64,000 nucleotides of DNA from Epiperipatus broadwayi (GCA_028023455.1 JAQFVV010000001.1:10354001-10418000); one strand, 5' to 3'; shown: positions 1-12,777, counted from the first letter of the stretch. The notes: generated from the letters alone by a model not told the origin. Numbers and translations: made by a program.

Positions 1-640
1 AAAGCATATTAATAAAGAAATTAAATGTGATATTAAAATAGCAAAATCGAATTATTATAGGGAAATTCTTTGTAATAAAAATGTTTCTTTGAAGTGGAAA
101 GCAATAAACTCTTTGGTTAAAAAATCTAATCAAATTACTTATGTTAAGAATAATGATGTCATGTTAGAGGTACAAGGTAATGAAAAATATGTGGCTGATC
201 TTTTTAATAATTTTTTTGTATATAGATCACACTGAGAACCATCTATTAATATGACTTCTACACTTGTTTCTGATACTTTCTTTTGTTCAGATGTTTCCGA
301 TGTTCAGTTATCACATCTAATTCATGATTTAAAAAATGTTCGCTCTTCTGGATTAGATAAATTAACATCCCAAATTGTGAAAGATAATAAATTAGCTTTT
401 ATACCTGTGGACACTAATGGCAAATTATCATTTTTTACATTACAAATCTTCAACAAAAAAATTTAAATTAAAAAAGAATATATAATGGTTGTATTATATA
501 CTTCTAAATTTAAATTGATATTCTAATCATAAATAAACAAACATGAACATGCACTAACACACAGATAATGAATGATTGTTACTTGAAACTAAATTTGGAA
601 CAATAAAATCTCAAATATTTTACATATAACATCCCTCATT
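1..640 (+). mobile_element. Degraded non-LTR retrotransposon RT fragment (CR1/L2/Jockey-like)
   Basis: ORF 251-466 carries IHDLKNVRSSGLDKLTSQIVK, the LK..KS.G.D.I....LK motif preceding LINE RT domains; boundaries approximate. Confidence 0.55.
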
Positions 641-675
641 CTGAACATGATTTAATTTTAGCATAAAAACAAAAA

Positions 676-1393
676 GGTATTTACATATAATCTCATAACC
701 AGAAACTTGCCAAGGTTTTTTTTTAATTATCACTTTTCAGAGGCATCAAAGTATTTGTTTATATTTTTTTCACAAAATTACTTTACCAGATATGTGTTAC
801 TTATTAAGTTTTAAAAACATTTAAAAAATCCTTTATAAATTTCTGTTACGTTAAAAAATATTAATGAACCGCTTATAAATTCCATTCATAAGCTTTAATT
901 AATTATTTTATATATAGATTACAACATAGAAATATGAATGCGCTGCAAACATTATTGTAATTTTTTTACATTTAGCATAAGATTGTCAGTGAGCATATCT
1001 GTTTGTTTTCTTTTTTTTTTTTTTGTAATATTTTGCCAAAATGATTAAAATTTAAGATCTTCCATTGACAGAAGAACATTCACCAGGGAACGATGCAACA
1101 ACACATAGATTTCTATTTAGTAGAATTTATGTGTCGGCAACTGCATAAAGAACATATATTTTTGACAATGTTGCAGGATATTAGAGATTTCCATCTGCTG
1201 ACATGAATAACCTATGTTTGTTTCTCCACGTTTCAATCAATTCTTGTACTTTGGTATAATTTCTTGTATTTTTAGAAAATTAAAAAAAATAAAAGGAAAT
1301 ATTAAATACGACAGCTTTTAGTCAGTGGCACTTAAAAGTGATAATTAAAAAAAACCTGGCAAGCTTCTAGTTACGAAATTGTATATAAGTACC
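676..1393. mobile_element. Degenerate MITE / foldback element
   Basis: About 70 bp imperfect terminal inverted repeats (ggtatttacatataatctcataaccagaaacttgcc... versus ...ggcaagcttctagttacgaaattgtatataagtacc) plus an internal palindrome near 1090-1145. Confidence 0.65.
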
Positions 1394-1954
1394 AAAAAAA
1401 AAAAAATTTTTTTTTTTTTATTTTCTTCACAAGTTAGGTTTTACTATTGTTAGAATTTAGTTTTAAGTTCTATTACATGAATATAAAAAAATAAAATTAC
1501 AATTCCTAGAAACTCAGAAATCTAAATCATAAATACTATGATGGTTTATTTTCAAAAAATTTATACTTTTTCCATCATTTTATATTGTCTCCTCTTATGA
1601 AAGGATGTTAATGAGACTTCTGTTCTGCAGTGTGCTATATATTAAAAAAAACGAAAAGAAATGCTGTTTTTATATATTAATCATCCCTAGAGATTTAAAG
1701 CAATTATTAATTCATACTTAAATAAAGAGTGGGAAAATAAAATAATTTTTTAAATAAATATTGGATTGAAATTACTTATTTTTATTTTTGGTTGGTCTCA
1801 TATTTCTGATAAGTATAAAAAGAAAAACAACTTATTGTATATTTATACCTTTTTTTTTTCTTTAAATGGTTTTCTATTTTCTGTAGTTTATAAAATATAA
1901 TCACAAAACTTTAAATGTAGAGTTTATTGCTTTGAATATTCTCTTTTATATTTT

Positions 1955-2720
1955 TCAATCATTATCAAAGGTCTCTCCAAGTTTAATCCAGTTTCTCTAA
2001 TTCAGTTTCTTTTCTTCCACATTATTCCAGAAAACTTCCTTATCTCTTTATCTACCTCCTATGTGATTTATTTCTCAGTCTTTTATAATATTTTGGAATA
2101 TAATTTAAGACTTCAACTATCCATCTATAATAATTTCTTTTAACATTATATCCAGCTCAACTCTATTTCAACTTTTTTTAATTATTTCAATTCTGGTAAT
2201 AATAATTGTTTCTTTTCTCATTTACACATTTCATTTTCAATCCTTCCTTGTTACTCCCAATATGGTATGTTAAATATAAAAAATTCAAAACTACATGTAA
2301 GAATTAGTAGAGATATATTTTCTTTTAATATTATTTCTACCAAATTCTCTATACAAGTTTAATTCTATGATTAAGTTCATCCTTTATGTTTCTATTTGTA
2401 TTAACAATTTGATCTAATTATTTTTAATTATTAACTTCTAATCCATTAACATTAATCTTTATTTTCTCCTTTTAAAAAGACAATGAATATGAATTGAATA
2501 ATTAGAATTCCAGTTGTTCAATTCTTATAAACAAATAATCTTTTTTAAACCTTTATACATTAACATGTCATAATTTTAAAATTTACTAGTGAATTGTTAT
2601 TGGTTTTTTTTTTTTTTTTGCCAGCTATCTGTATTGCATATGATTAATAGATTATCAATTATTTTCTTATTCATTTCATTTATGTCGGATCCATCATTAA
2701 GTCTATATAAATATTTTTAA
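1955..2720 (-). mobile_element. Old RTE-type LINE 3' fragment
   Basis: Reverse complement resembles the RTE copy at 24517-25395 (aaacttggagagacct near the 3' end; gaattaaacttg...tttggtagaaataa in the RT C-terminal part). Confidence 0.7.
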
Positions 2721-3430
2721 ATGATTAAGTTTCAATGAATAAATACATATTGGGTAAAAGCAAAAATTTTATACAGAAATATTAAAAGTAGTAAAGTATA
2801 ACTACTAATAGTGTTTTTATTGCTCATAAAAAAAATTAACCTATATAACTATATAAATTTGACTCCAATAGCTAAAAATTATCAGAATTTTTTAATTTTA
2901 CTTTATATGATGATTAAGCAAATTTAATGATGAACCATTATCAGATGTAGATCCATAAAATATGCATTTATAAATAAAACTTGCCCTTCTTAACTTTTCA
3001 ATAACTAACAATTAATATTTGATGTAAAAAGCTTAAAAGATGGCCAATTATTACTTAACACACAAGCAGCAAACATTATTGGTATGTTTTTAATTTAGTT
3101 ATGGATAATGCAAGTATTTACATAGAAATATTATTATAATTATTTTAAGAAACTTATAAAAAAAATTTAACAAATTTAATGCTAATTTAATAAATATTAG
3201 AAATGTTTGTGATTAAAATTGAATTATTTTTTGATCTTTATATGTTAATAAAAAAAAATGTATTCATAATATGTTTATTTGTGTGTTTTTTTACCTTTGG
3301 AAGCTATTTAACATAGGATGCATACAAACAATATATATAGTAATTCATGACTTTTGTTTTTTTTTATAAAGGATTGTTTTACAATTGTTTAAATATCTGT
3401 ATACTTTTCATATACTGTAAACACAATTAC

Positions 3431-3505
3431 CTTACAAAAAAGTTCTTCTGTATCATCTGTCACATGCAAGATAAATGCACACTGGCAATGAGTATGTTCT
3501 TTTAA
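3431..3505 (-). CDS. PDE2A: Host gene exon (phase 0-0), LKEHTHCQCAFILHVTDDTEELFCK; GAF-A
   Basis: Acceptor ttttttctag and donor aag|gtaatt; 75 bp, only one open frame; matches recalled PDE2A [25 protein letters not shown]. Confidence 0.88.
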
Positions 3506-4159
3506 CTAGAAAAAAATAAAAAAAGTTTCATTTAAATATTATATTATTTAAATTAAAAGAAGTGTAATTTTATTTGTTAAAGTAAAATTAATTAACATAA
3601 TTTGGAAAACATTTCTGCCTAACTGATAATTATTATATGTGAGCAAACTACCAAAAAATCAATATTTTGATAACATAAAGTTGTTTTAATGCAGTAGTAG
3701 AATGATAGACTTGAAAGATAAAGAAATCTAGCCCAAAAGTCAACCATCACTTCTGATGCTTGAATATCATATGAGTTCTTGAGTGAGTAGTCTTTAAATA
3801 AAAAGCAAGTTTGAATTTTATTTTTCATTAAAGACAATTCATAATATTATCTATTAAAAGTATATTAATTAGTCATAACCATCATGCAATTCTGGAATCA
3901 TTTATTGAAAGCTTGAGTAATCAATACTCAGCACATAAATCCCTATCTCCAGATCAGTTTCTGATTTATGTTTTTACTAGTAACGGCTAGAATTCCAATT
4001 TAAAACTAGTGCCATTTATCTAATACCCAGCCATCTTTTGCTCTTAATGCATTATTCAAACTAATATTCTGAAAATTTTAAAAAATGTTATGATTTTAAA
4101 CCCATGCTAATTAATTTGCATAGTTATATAGATCTGTAGTCGGTCAATTCCTATATATA

Positions 4160-4541
4160 TAGGGGATTTGAACCCAAAGTTTCAATTACCTTCAGCTATT
4201 CAATCTATCTCATACAACCGATACACATGATCACGCACATGTGAAAAAGATAAGTGAACTTCAATACACATATTTAATGCTGAATCAGCACTGATTAGTT
4301 TGTCCATATTATCATCTTCCACACATATATATAATCAGTGCTTGGTTTATACTAAGATAGCCCTAATTATACATATATATGTGGGAGATGATGATCTGGC
4401 CAACTGATGAATGCTGGTTCAGCATGAAATATATATATTGGAGATCATTTATCTTTTTCATATGTGTGATTATGTGCATCAGTTATATGAGATAGATTGG
4501 ATAGCTGAAATGAGATTGACAATCTGGATTCAAATCCTCTA
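4160..4541. mobile_element. Foldback element with about 175 bp inverted arms, each carrying a hammerhead motif (probably Penelope/retrozyme-derived)
   Basis: Arms 4160-4335 and 4365-4541 are reverse complements at roughly 80% identity (taggggatttgaa...ttcaaatcctcta); TA-flanked. Confidence 0.8.
4391..4448 (+). ncRNA. Type I minimal hammerhead ribozyme with intact core
   Basis: Stem I atgatct-gg-ccaa / ttgg-agatcat; CTGATGA 4404-4410; stem II ATGCTG/CAGCAT with GTT loop; GAAA 4426-4429; short palindromic stem III TATATATA; AUA cleavage triplet ending at 4437. Confidence 0.8.
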
Positions 4542-4637
4542 TAAATATATCTAAATTGCAAAGATATAAAATATACCTGTATTTAAATATATACATAATA
4601 TAAATAAAATGTCCATTAATTAAAACAAAATTGTAAT

Positions 4638-5024
4638 TATAATTGAAATAATAAATTTAATGGTTTACAAACTATTATACACAATCTTTAAATCCGCAGA
4701 AGTACTTTCGGTTAATTTCTTAAACCTGCCTCAACTGCCATTAAATTTAAAAAAAAAAAACAAAGCAGAAGCAAACGTCATCAATTCAAATCCCATGAAT
4801 CTCATATTTTAATGTTAGCAGCTTGTCTATGTATTAACTGCATTTTATTCCTATTTATAAAAATTGCCTCTTTAATTTTTCTTTTATTATGGTTTCTCTC
4901 TTCATGAATAATTTTCACATTTTCAAAATCAAATTTAAATTTATATTTACATGTTTTTTTCATAATCAAAAAAAACTGAAGGAGACATTAAATCATTATT
5001 TTTACTTTTTACACGCTTATATAA
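4638..5024. mobile_element. Left arm of a long-TIR foldback MITE split by the LTR retrotransposon
   Basis: 4638-5000 is the reverse complement of about 16513-16877 (about 365 bp, roughly 88% identity by eye). Confidence 0.85.
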
Positions 5025-7755
5025 TGAAACAGTAAGGTCTGCTTTGCAGATCTTCGTTTCACCTTTTCTCACCTATTTCCTACCCTCATACTTTAGTTTG
5101 AACCCCAATCTATCGTAGTGTGTCTGCAATACGCTTATATACCGAAAATCCCGCCTAATTTTAAACCACGAGTACAATGCTCGTATTATATATATAACTC
5201 ATTCCCAAATAAAATAAAATATTATGGATTATGTATATGTTCACATAATTTTGATTTATTAAAAAGTAGGTTATATAAGTCGTAATTGCGCACACACTAT
5301 GATATGCATTTTAAAACATATCAAAATTATAAATTGTTAAAGTTATTTTGTTTGAATCTATTTACAAATATATATTACCGTCGTAATATATTTTGATTTA
5401 AAATAAAATTCATTTAGTAAATATTCGTTTAGTAAATAGATTCAAATATTGCAATTTAAAAGTAAAATAATTTTCATTTAATTTAATAAAAGTCATTCCA
5501 AATATTTCTGTTAAAATAAATGAGGGACAATAGTTTAATTAGTTAATGTTATATAAGTTTATCTAAAAACAGCAGATGTCCATTTAAGGTTTTCTTTAAT
5601 TAGTAAAAGTAATTTTTAATTAAATCTAGTTTGTAATTCGAATGTCGACAGGGAAATTAACAAAAGAAATTAATTAATGTTGAATTCCTTTAGACATTCG
5701 GATAGATTTAATTACAGCTGATAAGTCCGATATATTTTTGTAATGCTCCAGGGCAGTTCTATTGTTAAATTCTACTATAAAAAGGAGGGTTTTCTTTTGT
5801 TCTCCATTCTAATGTTTCTAAGAGAAATCATTCTGAGGTCTAATGTTTCTAACCAAAATTATTGTAGTAATTTGTAAATCTTGACATGACGGAGTAGAGC
5901 GCAAGAAGGCTATTTCTCTCTGGAATGGCCATATGCTGCCGTAGACCATCGGAAGTTATCACACAAGGAACCCCAGAACTGCTGCTGCTGCCAAAAATAT
6001 GAACATTTCCAGATTTTGCTGTTAAATTATATAAAAACCTGCCGACCATCAATCTACCTAAAAATGCTTCTCCAGAGGTAACCCTAAATTAACCCAAGAG
6101 CTCTTGTGATAACTAACATGCTATAGCTATTTTAAATTGTTTTCTTATATTTCACATAACTTCATTATGTATTTCTTTAACGTGTTTAAATATACTCAAC
6201 ATTTTGCTCTCTATCCTTGGGTTAATATTTTCTATTGATTAAGCTTTCTGTTATTTTATTATGATAATGTGTCAGAATCGTCTTTGACCGAGTGAATTAT
6301 TCCCTTTGTTGAAAATAAGACGCCGCTATGAAGGCATATTTTAAATTTCTAAATAATTTTCCAATTTTATTATCTTGCAAATCACTCGTTCGAGGGCGAT
6401 TCTATTCTTTAATATATAATATAATCACATAGTTTAAAATCTACATGTTATTGATTTTAATCTAATATGAGAGTATGTGCGAGGTCAATGATTAAATGTG
6501 TCCCCTAATGCATGATTGCGTATATAAATCTATACTTACTTTTCAAACCCGCAAGCATGCATTTTCCTATTTTAATTACTGTGTTCTACTTTAATTACAA
6601 AGTTCATCATTGACGTCGAGAATGTGCGGACCCTTTTAAATGAATTTCTGGGAATTTGATTGGGCATTTCTCTTAATCCAAGTAAAACCCATTCAGTATG
6701 TTTTATATACACTAGTCTCGTATTGCTGGTAAATGAATTGGTTGTTGAGACCGCTTTGTTTTACTTTTCCAAGGATTCTTTACACGGCCAAGTCCGTTCT
6801 CTTCGCTTATTGCAGTTTCCAGGCAGAGTGTGTCCATAAATGACACACCTGGGAATTAAATGCAATCGTCACCCAGTCGCTAAGTTTTGGCTGTTCATAA
6901 AATACTTTCCTACGGGTTAGCAGTGAGATGCCCTCCGTAATCATTCCGGATATTCAATATTGTTTTATTTTATATTTATTTTACAAAGCATCCGTGACTT
7001 AAATGTGTCACACCCTCCAACTTTAATAAATTCATTATCAGCAATACTGACCTCCCAATGTAACTTTATTATTATTATTATCAAATAAATGCTTTGATCA
7101 CATTCCCACTTTGTTGCTTAGTAAGCTTTTGTCCGTGCTATTCTCGAAATCAATAAATATTTTAGAACACTTAATTTTCAAATATTTTCTTAGACTTGTA
7201 TAATTGCTCAAAGCACCTCGCACATGTTCCTATCTCATCAAGCACATTATCGTAATGCTATTAGCCCGAGGAATAGAATATATCACTTTGCTTTAAAACC
7301 TTTTGTCATTTATTGGAATATAATGCCAACAATTATTTAATATGCGTCCCTGTCTCATATAAGCAGACAGTGGCGTTATATATATATTTTATATAAATAA
7401 ATTTTGTGAAATTATTTAAAACTAAATTTGATCTCTTATTTTATTTGATTCATATCACTGTCTCGGTCTATATATATATTTTCTGCATTTCTTTTGTAAA
7501 TCCATAGACGTTAATTAGCCACCCAAGCTTCTTTTAGTATAGAGTCTTTTGTTTCTCCCTGACCACCAGGCACCAGTCAAAGGTTATACTAGTAGTGGCA
7601 TCAGATGCGTTATCACGTAGATGGCGCTGTGAAATTTGGACTTTAGATTCGAACTTAGTATATCTAGAAGGCAACCCCTCCTAGAATGTTCAGTTTCATG
7701 TCTGGGGTTTGAATTCTGCAGTGTGTTAGCGAGATAGATGATTCTGACTGTTACA
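5025..7755 (+). repeat. 5' LTR (2731 bp)
   Basis: Starts TGAAACAG and ends CTGTTACA (imperfect 8 bp inverted termini); about 38 differences from the 3' copy by manual count. Confidence 0.97.
5776..5783 (+). promoter_or_regulatory. Candidate LTR TATA box (TATAAAAA), also present in the 3' LTR
   Basis: Consensus TATA followed about 25 bp later by a ccattc initiator-like motif; not unique in such AT-rich DNA. Confidence 0.3.
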
Positions 7756-7802
7756 TAGTATTTTTTTTCCAGGTCCATGGCTTGCCCAAATGTGGAGCCT
7801 CG

Positions 7803-7862
7803 ATTATTTAAACACCCACATCCCTGTAGATCTTAATTATTTAAACACCCACATCCCTGTAG
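7803..7862. repeat. 27 bp tandem duplication (attatttaaacacccacatccctgtag x2, 33 bp period)
   Basis: Exact repeat units at 7803-7829 and 7836-7862. Confidence 0.95.
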
Positions 7863-8425
7863 CTTAATTTTAGCATTTTGTTTCGTATTTAATCACTCAA
7901 ATCCTTTATATTTTTGATATATATAATATTTTTCAAACTCTATATTATCTATATTGTTTATTTGCGTGTATATTTCATATATTTTGTTTGACTCGGGCAT
8001 TCAATTACTTATTCTATATAATCAGAACTTGTCCAAACTTGCTATAGTGCGATACGAGCCATCTGTATTTATCTGTATTTATTGTTTCATTTAAGTCACG
8101 CTATATACGCATGGCGTGAATTACTTAAATATTGTCCCAAGTGAATATTGTGACAATCTATGAATATTTCAAATATTGTATTTTTCTATCAAAATAAAGT
8201 TTTATCGGCTCAACGTGCAAGATAGCATAATAATAATTTTGTACGGTAATGACCTAGATATGTAATAGGCTATCGTATGGAATTCAAAAAATTCAATCAT
8301 AAATAAAATGTTGTAATCAATAAAAAAAATGTGAATGTTTTAACGAGTGCCCGTAGTTAAATGGAATAGTTATTAAAATTCATTTTGGGAAGCTAACAGT
8401 CTATGGATCCTTTTAACTGGTGACA

Positions 8426-8435
8426 TGGCGCCCAA
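8426..8435 (+). promoter_or_regulatory. Primer-binding site TGGCGCCCAA (tRNA-Lys CTT 3' end)
   Basis: 10 nt complement of tRNA-Lys; directly preceded by a U5-like end ...GGTGACA; 670 bp downstream of the TSD-defined LTR. Confidence 0.75.
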
Positions 8436-9132
8436 GGGTAATTTCATTAAACGGAGTTACTTCTAAAATAAATTTTGTCACCAGGCTAAATTCTTTTATA
8501 TGTAATTTGTTTTTTTCCAACGTGTGTAAATTTTTCTTAGACCAAATAATGAGACGTGAATCGGATCAATAATTATGTAAATAAAAATATATGTATGCTA
8601 ATCTTAAATAAGAAGGAACGAAATAAGTATACCCGGATCTAGCGAATGTTAACATATATAAATAAAATTGCTTGAGTTTAAAAATATATATGTTAGCGAA
8701 ATATTTTGACAGGTAGAATTTAAGAAATTTTATATATACGGGCAGTTAAAAATATATATGTTGGCAGCAGATTTAAACAAGAAATTTTTGCAGTAGTAAA
8801 AGGGTAGTAGTTGGGGTTTTAGTGATAAATGTAAAAGCAGCAATTAGGCCAACAGAACCGAGAGGGAGATAGCCTATTAGCCATTAATAAAATTTGAAAT
8901 CAAACGTAATAGTAATCGCAGAGAGTCAAACAAGGAAAATATAATAATAGTATTTTTTTAACTGTATTAGTTTTAGTAAGTTCAACTTAAAACAGTTTAA
9001 AAGTTTTCTTTATCAGTGCTATACATTGTGTTTTAAAAGTACACCTATTCGTTTAGGATATATTAAATAGTTAGCAATAAAATAAAAAGAAAAAGTCATC
9101 ATCATCATCGATCACAATAATCATCCAAGGCC

Positions 9133-10899
9133 ATGGATAATATGGAGAACAACCACGATGAACAAGAACTGGACCCATCCAGATTTCTTGAATCTCCTCC
9201 AATAAGTATGAGACCTGTCCAGCAAACGAGCCAGGGAGATTTCAATCGGAAATATCTGGAGGAATTGTATAGGAGAAGCGAAGAGAGGGCAAGAGAGCAT
9301 GAAGAGGAAGCCTGAAGAAAAGAGGAAGAGTATAAAATATTTAACAGGCTGCTCCTCGATGAAATTGTCAAAGTAAAAAAAAAACAAAGGGCTCTCGAAC
9401 TTAATATTGAAGAATGCTACCTAGAAAACTGGAAAGAGGACAGAACTACAAATCAGAGCTGTCAGACCTTTGACAGCAATCGACCAATTTCTCAAATCAA
9501 CAATAGTACAAGAGATGCAGCCTGCAGTACATTAATTTCAGACCTCAGGATTCAAACCCAGATTGATAAAATAATCACCATTCAGATATTTCGAGGAGAA
9601 ATAGGAGAAAATCCTCACCCACACTTGGATAGCTTGCGGGATTTTTTTTCTCTGTGTAAGATGAACTGTCGCGAACAGACTGTGATCGCTAGCCATTACT
9701 TATATGGCTATGCAAGAGATTGGTGGGGCATGTTGACTAAAAAACCGAGTGACTTTGCCAATTACTGTAACACATTATTGAAGTATTATTGGAGTGAGGA
9801 TCAGCAGAGCGGGATTCTAAATACGATTTGCCAGGAGAAGTATGAAGCAATCAAAGAGACTTGCGTGCAATTTTTCATCCGTCTGGTAAACCAATTTAGA
9901 TCACTCACCGCGTTCAAGTTTTCAGATTCCTACATCATCCATACAATCCAACAGAATATGCCATTACCTATCCAATGGCTTATGGTCAGCAGCAGGATCA
10001 AAGATGTGGAAGTCATGGCAGAATTTTTGATGATGATCAACTCTGGCCCATGGAATCCCCACCGTCAATCAGAACAAAATATGATGGGAGGAAATACGAG
10101 ACCCAAAAGAACCCTGTTAGCACAACCCCACTACTCTCATCCTCCAACAAAAGGAAGCCTCTTAGGGGATATGAACCCCATGTCAATGGTTATCCGAGAA
10201 GAGGACCCCACCTGTGGAGTTCCTATTGGTCCATGTCCAGTAATAAACATCAGAGTGGGATCCATTGAAATTCCTGCCCTCATTGACACTGGCAGTCAGA
10301 TTTCCTGCATTTCAAAGGGATGGTTGCTACGAATGGAAGAACGGAGCGGATGTATACCCAGGTTACCATCCCATCCCATCCAGATGAAACTGGCTGATGG
10401 AAAAAGAACCAAGACTGAAGCATACCAAGTATGGTTAGAAATAATCTTCAGGAAAATAACCATTGGGCACACTTTCCTAGTTATAAAAGGATTGGTCCAT
10501 GATGTTATAATTGGATCCGATTTTCTGACCCAAAATAAGTGTATCCTTGACTATGCCATGAATTCAATCATGGTCCAGCAAGAGAAGATAGATTTTAATG
10601 AAGCCAATGTCTTACCTGGAGTCCAAGTTCAGTGTATGGAGGCCAGCATCGATGAAAGCACCATCAAAGATAAGGTCAAAGAATCATCACTAGAAACCAT
10701 CGAGAATCAGTCCCAATTGCATCAACTATTAATGGCAAGTCAGCAAATCTTCTCTCCAATCCCTGGAGAAATTAAAGGTTATGTCCACCGGATTCGTGTG
10801 AAGGAGGAAACCCACTTCCAGGCCCGGACATACCCCATTCCTTTCCAATATCAAGATGAAGTGAGTGCTCAGATCCAAGAGATGATTACATGGGGGTAA
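9133..10899 (+). pseudogene. gag: gag + aspartic protease (one premature TGA at 9313-9315)
   Basis: ORFs 9133-9315 and 9625-10899 are in the same frame and open between them; protease motif ALIDTGSQISCI; no CCHC knuckle seen. Confidence 0.9.
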
Positions 10900-11276
10900 T
10901 TGAGAAAGGATCATCACCCTATAATAACCAATTAGTGGTTGTGAAAAAGAAAAATGGATCTATAAGACTGTGTTTAGATGCCAGAATGCTCAACAATATC
11001 ACGATACCAGAACGGGATATCCCACCACCTGTACAGGAAGTTTTTCTCAAATTATCTACAAAGAATATTTTTTCCACATTAGACTTAACTGCTAGCTATT
11101 GGCAGATGATATTACACCCCCAAGACAGAAAATACATGGCCTTCCATCACAATGGGCAAACACATCTATTTAAGAGAGTACCTTTTGGGCTCATAAACAG
11201 TGGCGCTGGACTAATGAGGTGCTTGGACCAAGTTCTATCTGAAGATCTAAAAAAAATTAGTGTGCTATATCGATGA
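10890..11276 (+). pseudogene. pol: Reverse transcriptase, N-terminal part (between two homopolymer frameshifts)
   Basis: SPYNNQLVVVKKKNGSIRLCLDARMLN, LDLTASYWQM, FKRVPFGL. Confidence 0.95.
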
Positions 11277-12777
11277 TGTGGTCATTGCATTGCGCAACCC
11301 TCAGGAACACCTGGAGCACCTGAAGCAGTTCTTTTCTGAATGTGCCCAAAAGAATATTACTGTGAATCTAGAAAAGAGTCACTTTGCTCTAAAAGAAATT
11401 GCATTTTTGGGACACATCGTAAATGGACAAGGAATTTGGACCCATCCGGATAAGGTAGAAGCAATCCAGAACTTCCCGAGGCCTATCAATAGAAAGCAGA
11501 TTAGATCCTTTTTAGGCCTCTGCAATTATTACCATAAGTTCTATCCAGGCTTTGCAAAAGATACCTCCACATTGCTGGAACTATTGAAGCAACACCATCG
11601 GTGGGAATGGAATGAACAGCACGAGCAAGATTTCAAGAAAATCAAGGACAATTTCCTCCAGACTGTGATGTTATGTTATCCTGATTTCACTCGCCCATTC
11701 TATTTGCAGACTGACAGCAGCAAGAAAGGTCTAGGTGTTGTACTGTTCCAGGTTAATCAAGCAGGCCAACATCAGGTCTTGTACTTCAGTAGCCATACAT
11801 TAAGAGGTGCAGAGAAAAATTATACTGTCACTGAACAAGAGACTTTAGCCATTGTATGGGCATGCAGCAAATTCAAGCAGATATTGCTGGGATCGGAAGT
11901 AATTATAATTACGGACCACCGGTGCTTGGAATTTCTGAATAAAAGTTATCTAAACAACGATCGCCTTATACGATGGAGCTTGTCACTGCAGAAATTCCAC
12001 TACAAGATAATTTATTGCCCAGGCCCTGAAAATATTGTGGCCGATGTATTGAGTCGTCACCCTGTGGAAGTTAAACCTTGCAACCCTATGATATCAGACC
12101 AGCCATTAATAATCATGACTAACGTGTTGGACCAGGAAATTGAAAAGAAACTTAAGAATTTGCAGTATTGGCAGGAAAAGCAGCCCCAGTACAGAGATTT
12201 AATGCAAGAAGTCCAAAGGCAAGGAAACCCTGCTCAAGGATGTACCACTGGTAGGGGAAAAAGGAGATACAGATTGCAAAATGGACTTTTGCTGCAACAA
12301 ACTGAGAATAGATTGTGGAAAATTCTCATACCACCTGATTTAAGAAGCCCACTAATCACTTATATGCACAGCCTGGTGGGACATTATGGTCCCAGAAAAA
12401 CCGAAGAAGCCCTGAGGTGGCAGTTTCATTGGCCACAGATGTATAGTGATATATTACATACCCTCCAGAAATGTAATACATGCGCTAAAAGCAAACCCCC
12501 AAATAAGATCTTCAGCGGTACCCCCACCTCCATTATCCCATTGGGACCCAACAAGGTATTGGCAGTAGACCACTATGGGCCACTACCATCCTATCGTAGA
12601 TGTCGGTACCTTTTTGTCACCTACGATGTATTTTCTAAGTATGCATGGGCCTACCCAGTCATAAGGGCAGATTCAAAAAGTGCAATTAGGGTGTTACAGT
12701 GCAAGCAATTTGTGACCATCGGCAAGCCCGAAGCAATACTCTCAGATCACGGCTCGGCTTTCACTTCACGAGAATGA
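11260..12777 (+). pseudogene. pol: RT C-terminus, RNase H and integrase N-terminal/core
   Basis: YIDD; RNase H LQTDSS, EQETLAIVW, TDH, VADVLSR; integrase HHCC (H..VGHYG...CNTC), LAVDHYGP, ILSDHGS; ends at TGA (probably TGG originally). Confidence 0.95.

Noticed and set aside
3619-3837. Minus-strand ORF and candidate exon 3652-3791
   Set aside because: It starts in phase 1 and has a weak GTAGTT donor. The PDE2 alignment is continuous from exon 23741 to exon 3505 without it.
5849-6052. 67 aa antisense ORF repeated at 14505-14708
   Set aside because: It is duplicated only because it lies in the LTRs; no recognisable domain.
8260-8425. Possible short inner LTR matching 13486-13625
   Set aside because: Only scattered short matches (taatag, aaaatt, ggtg(g)aca), compatible with chance in AT-rich DNA.
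9105-9387. Antisense ORFs over the start of gag
   Set aside because: They are shadow frames of purine-rich gag sequence.
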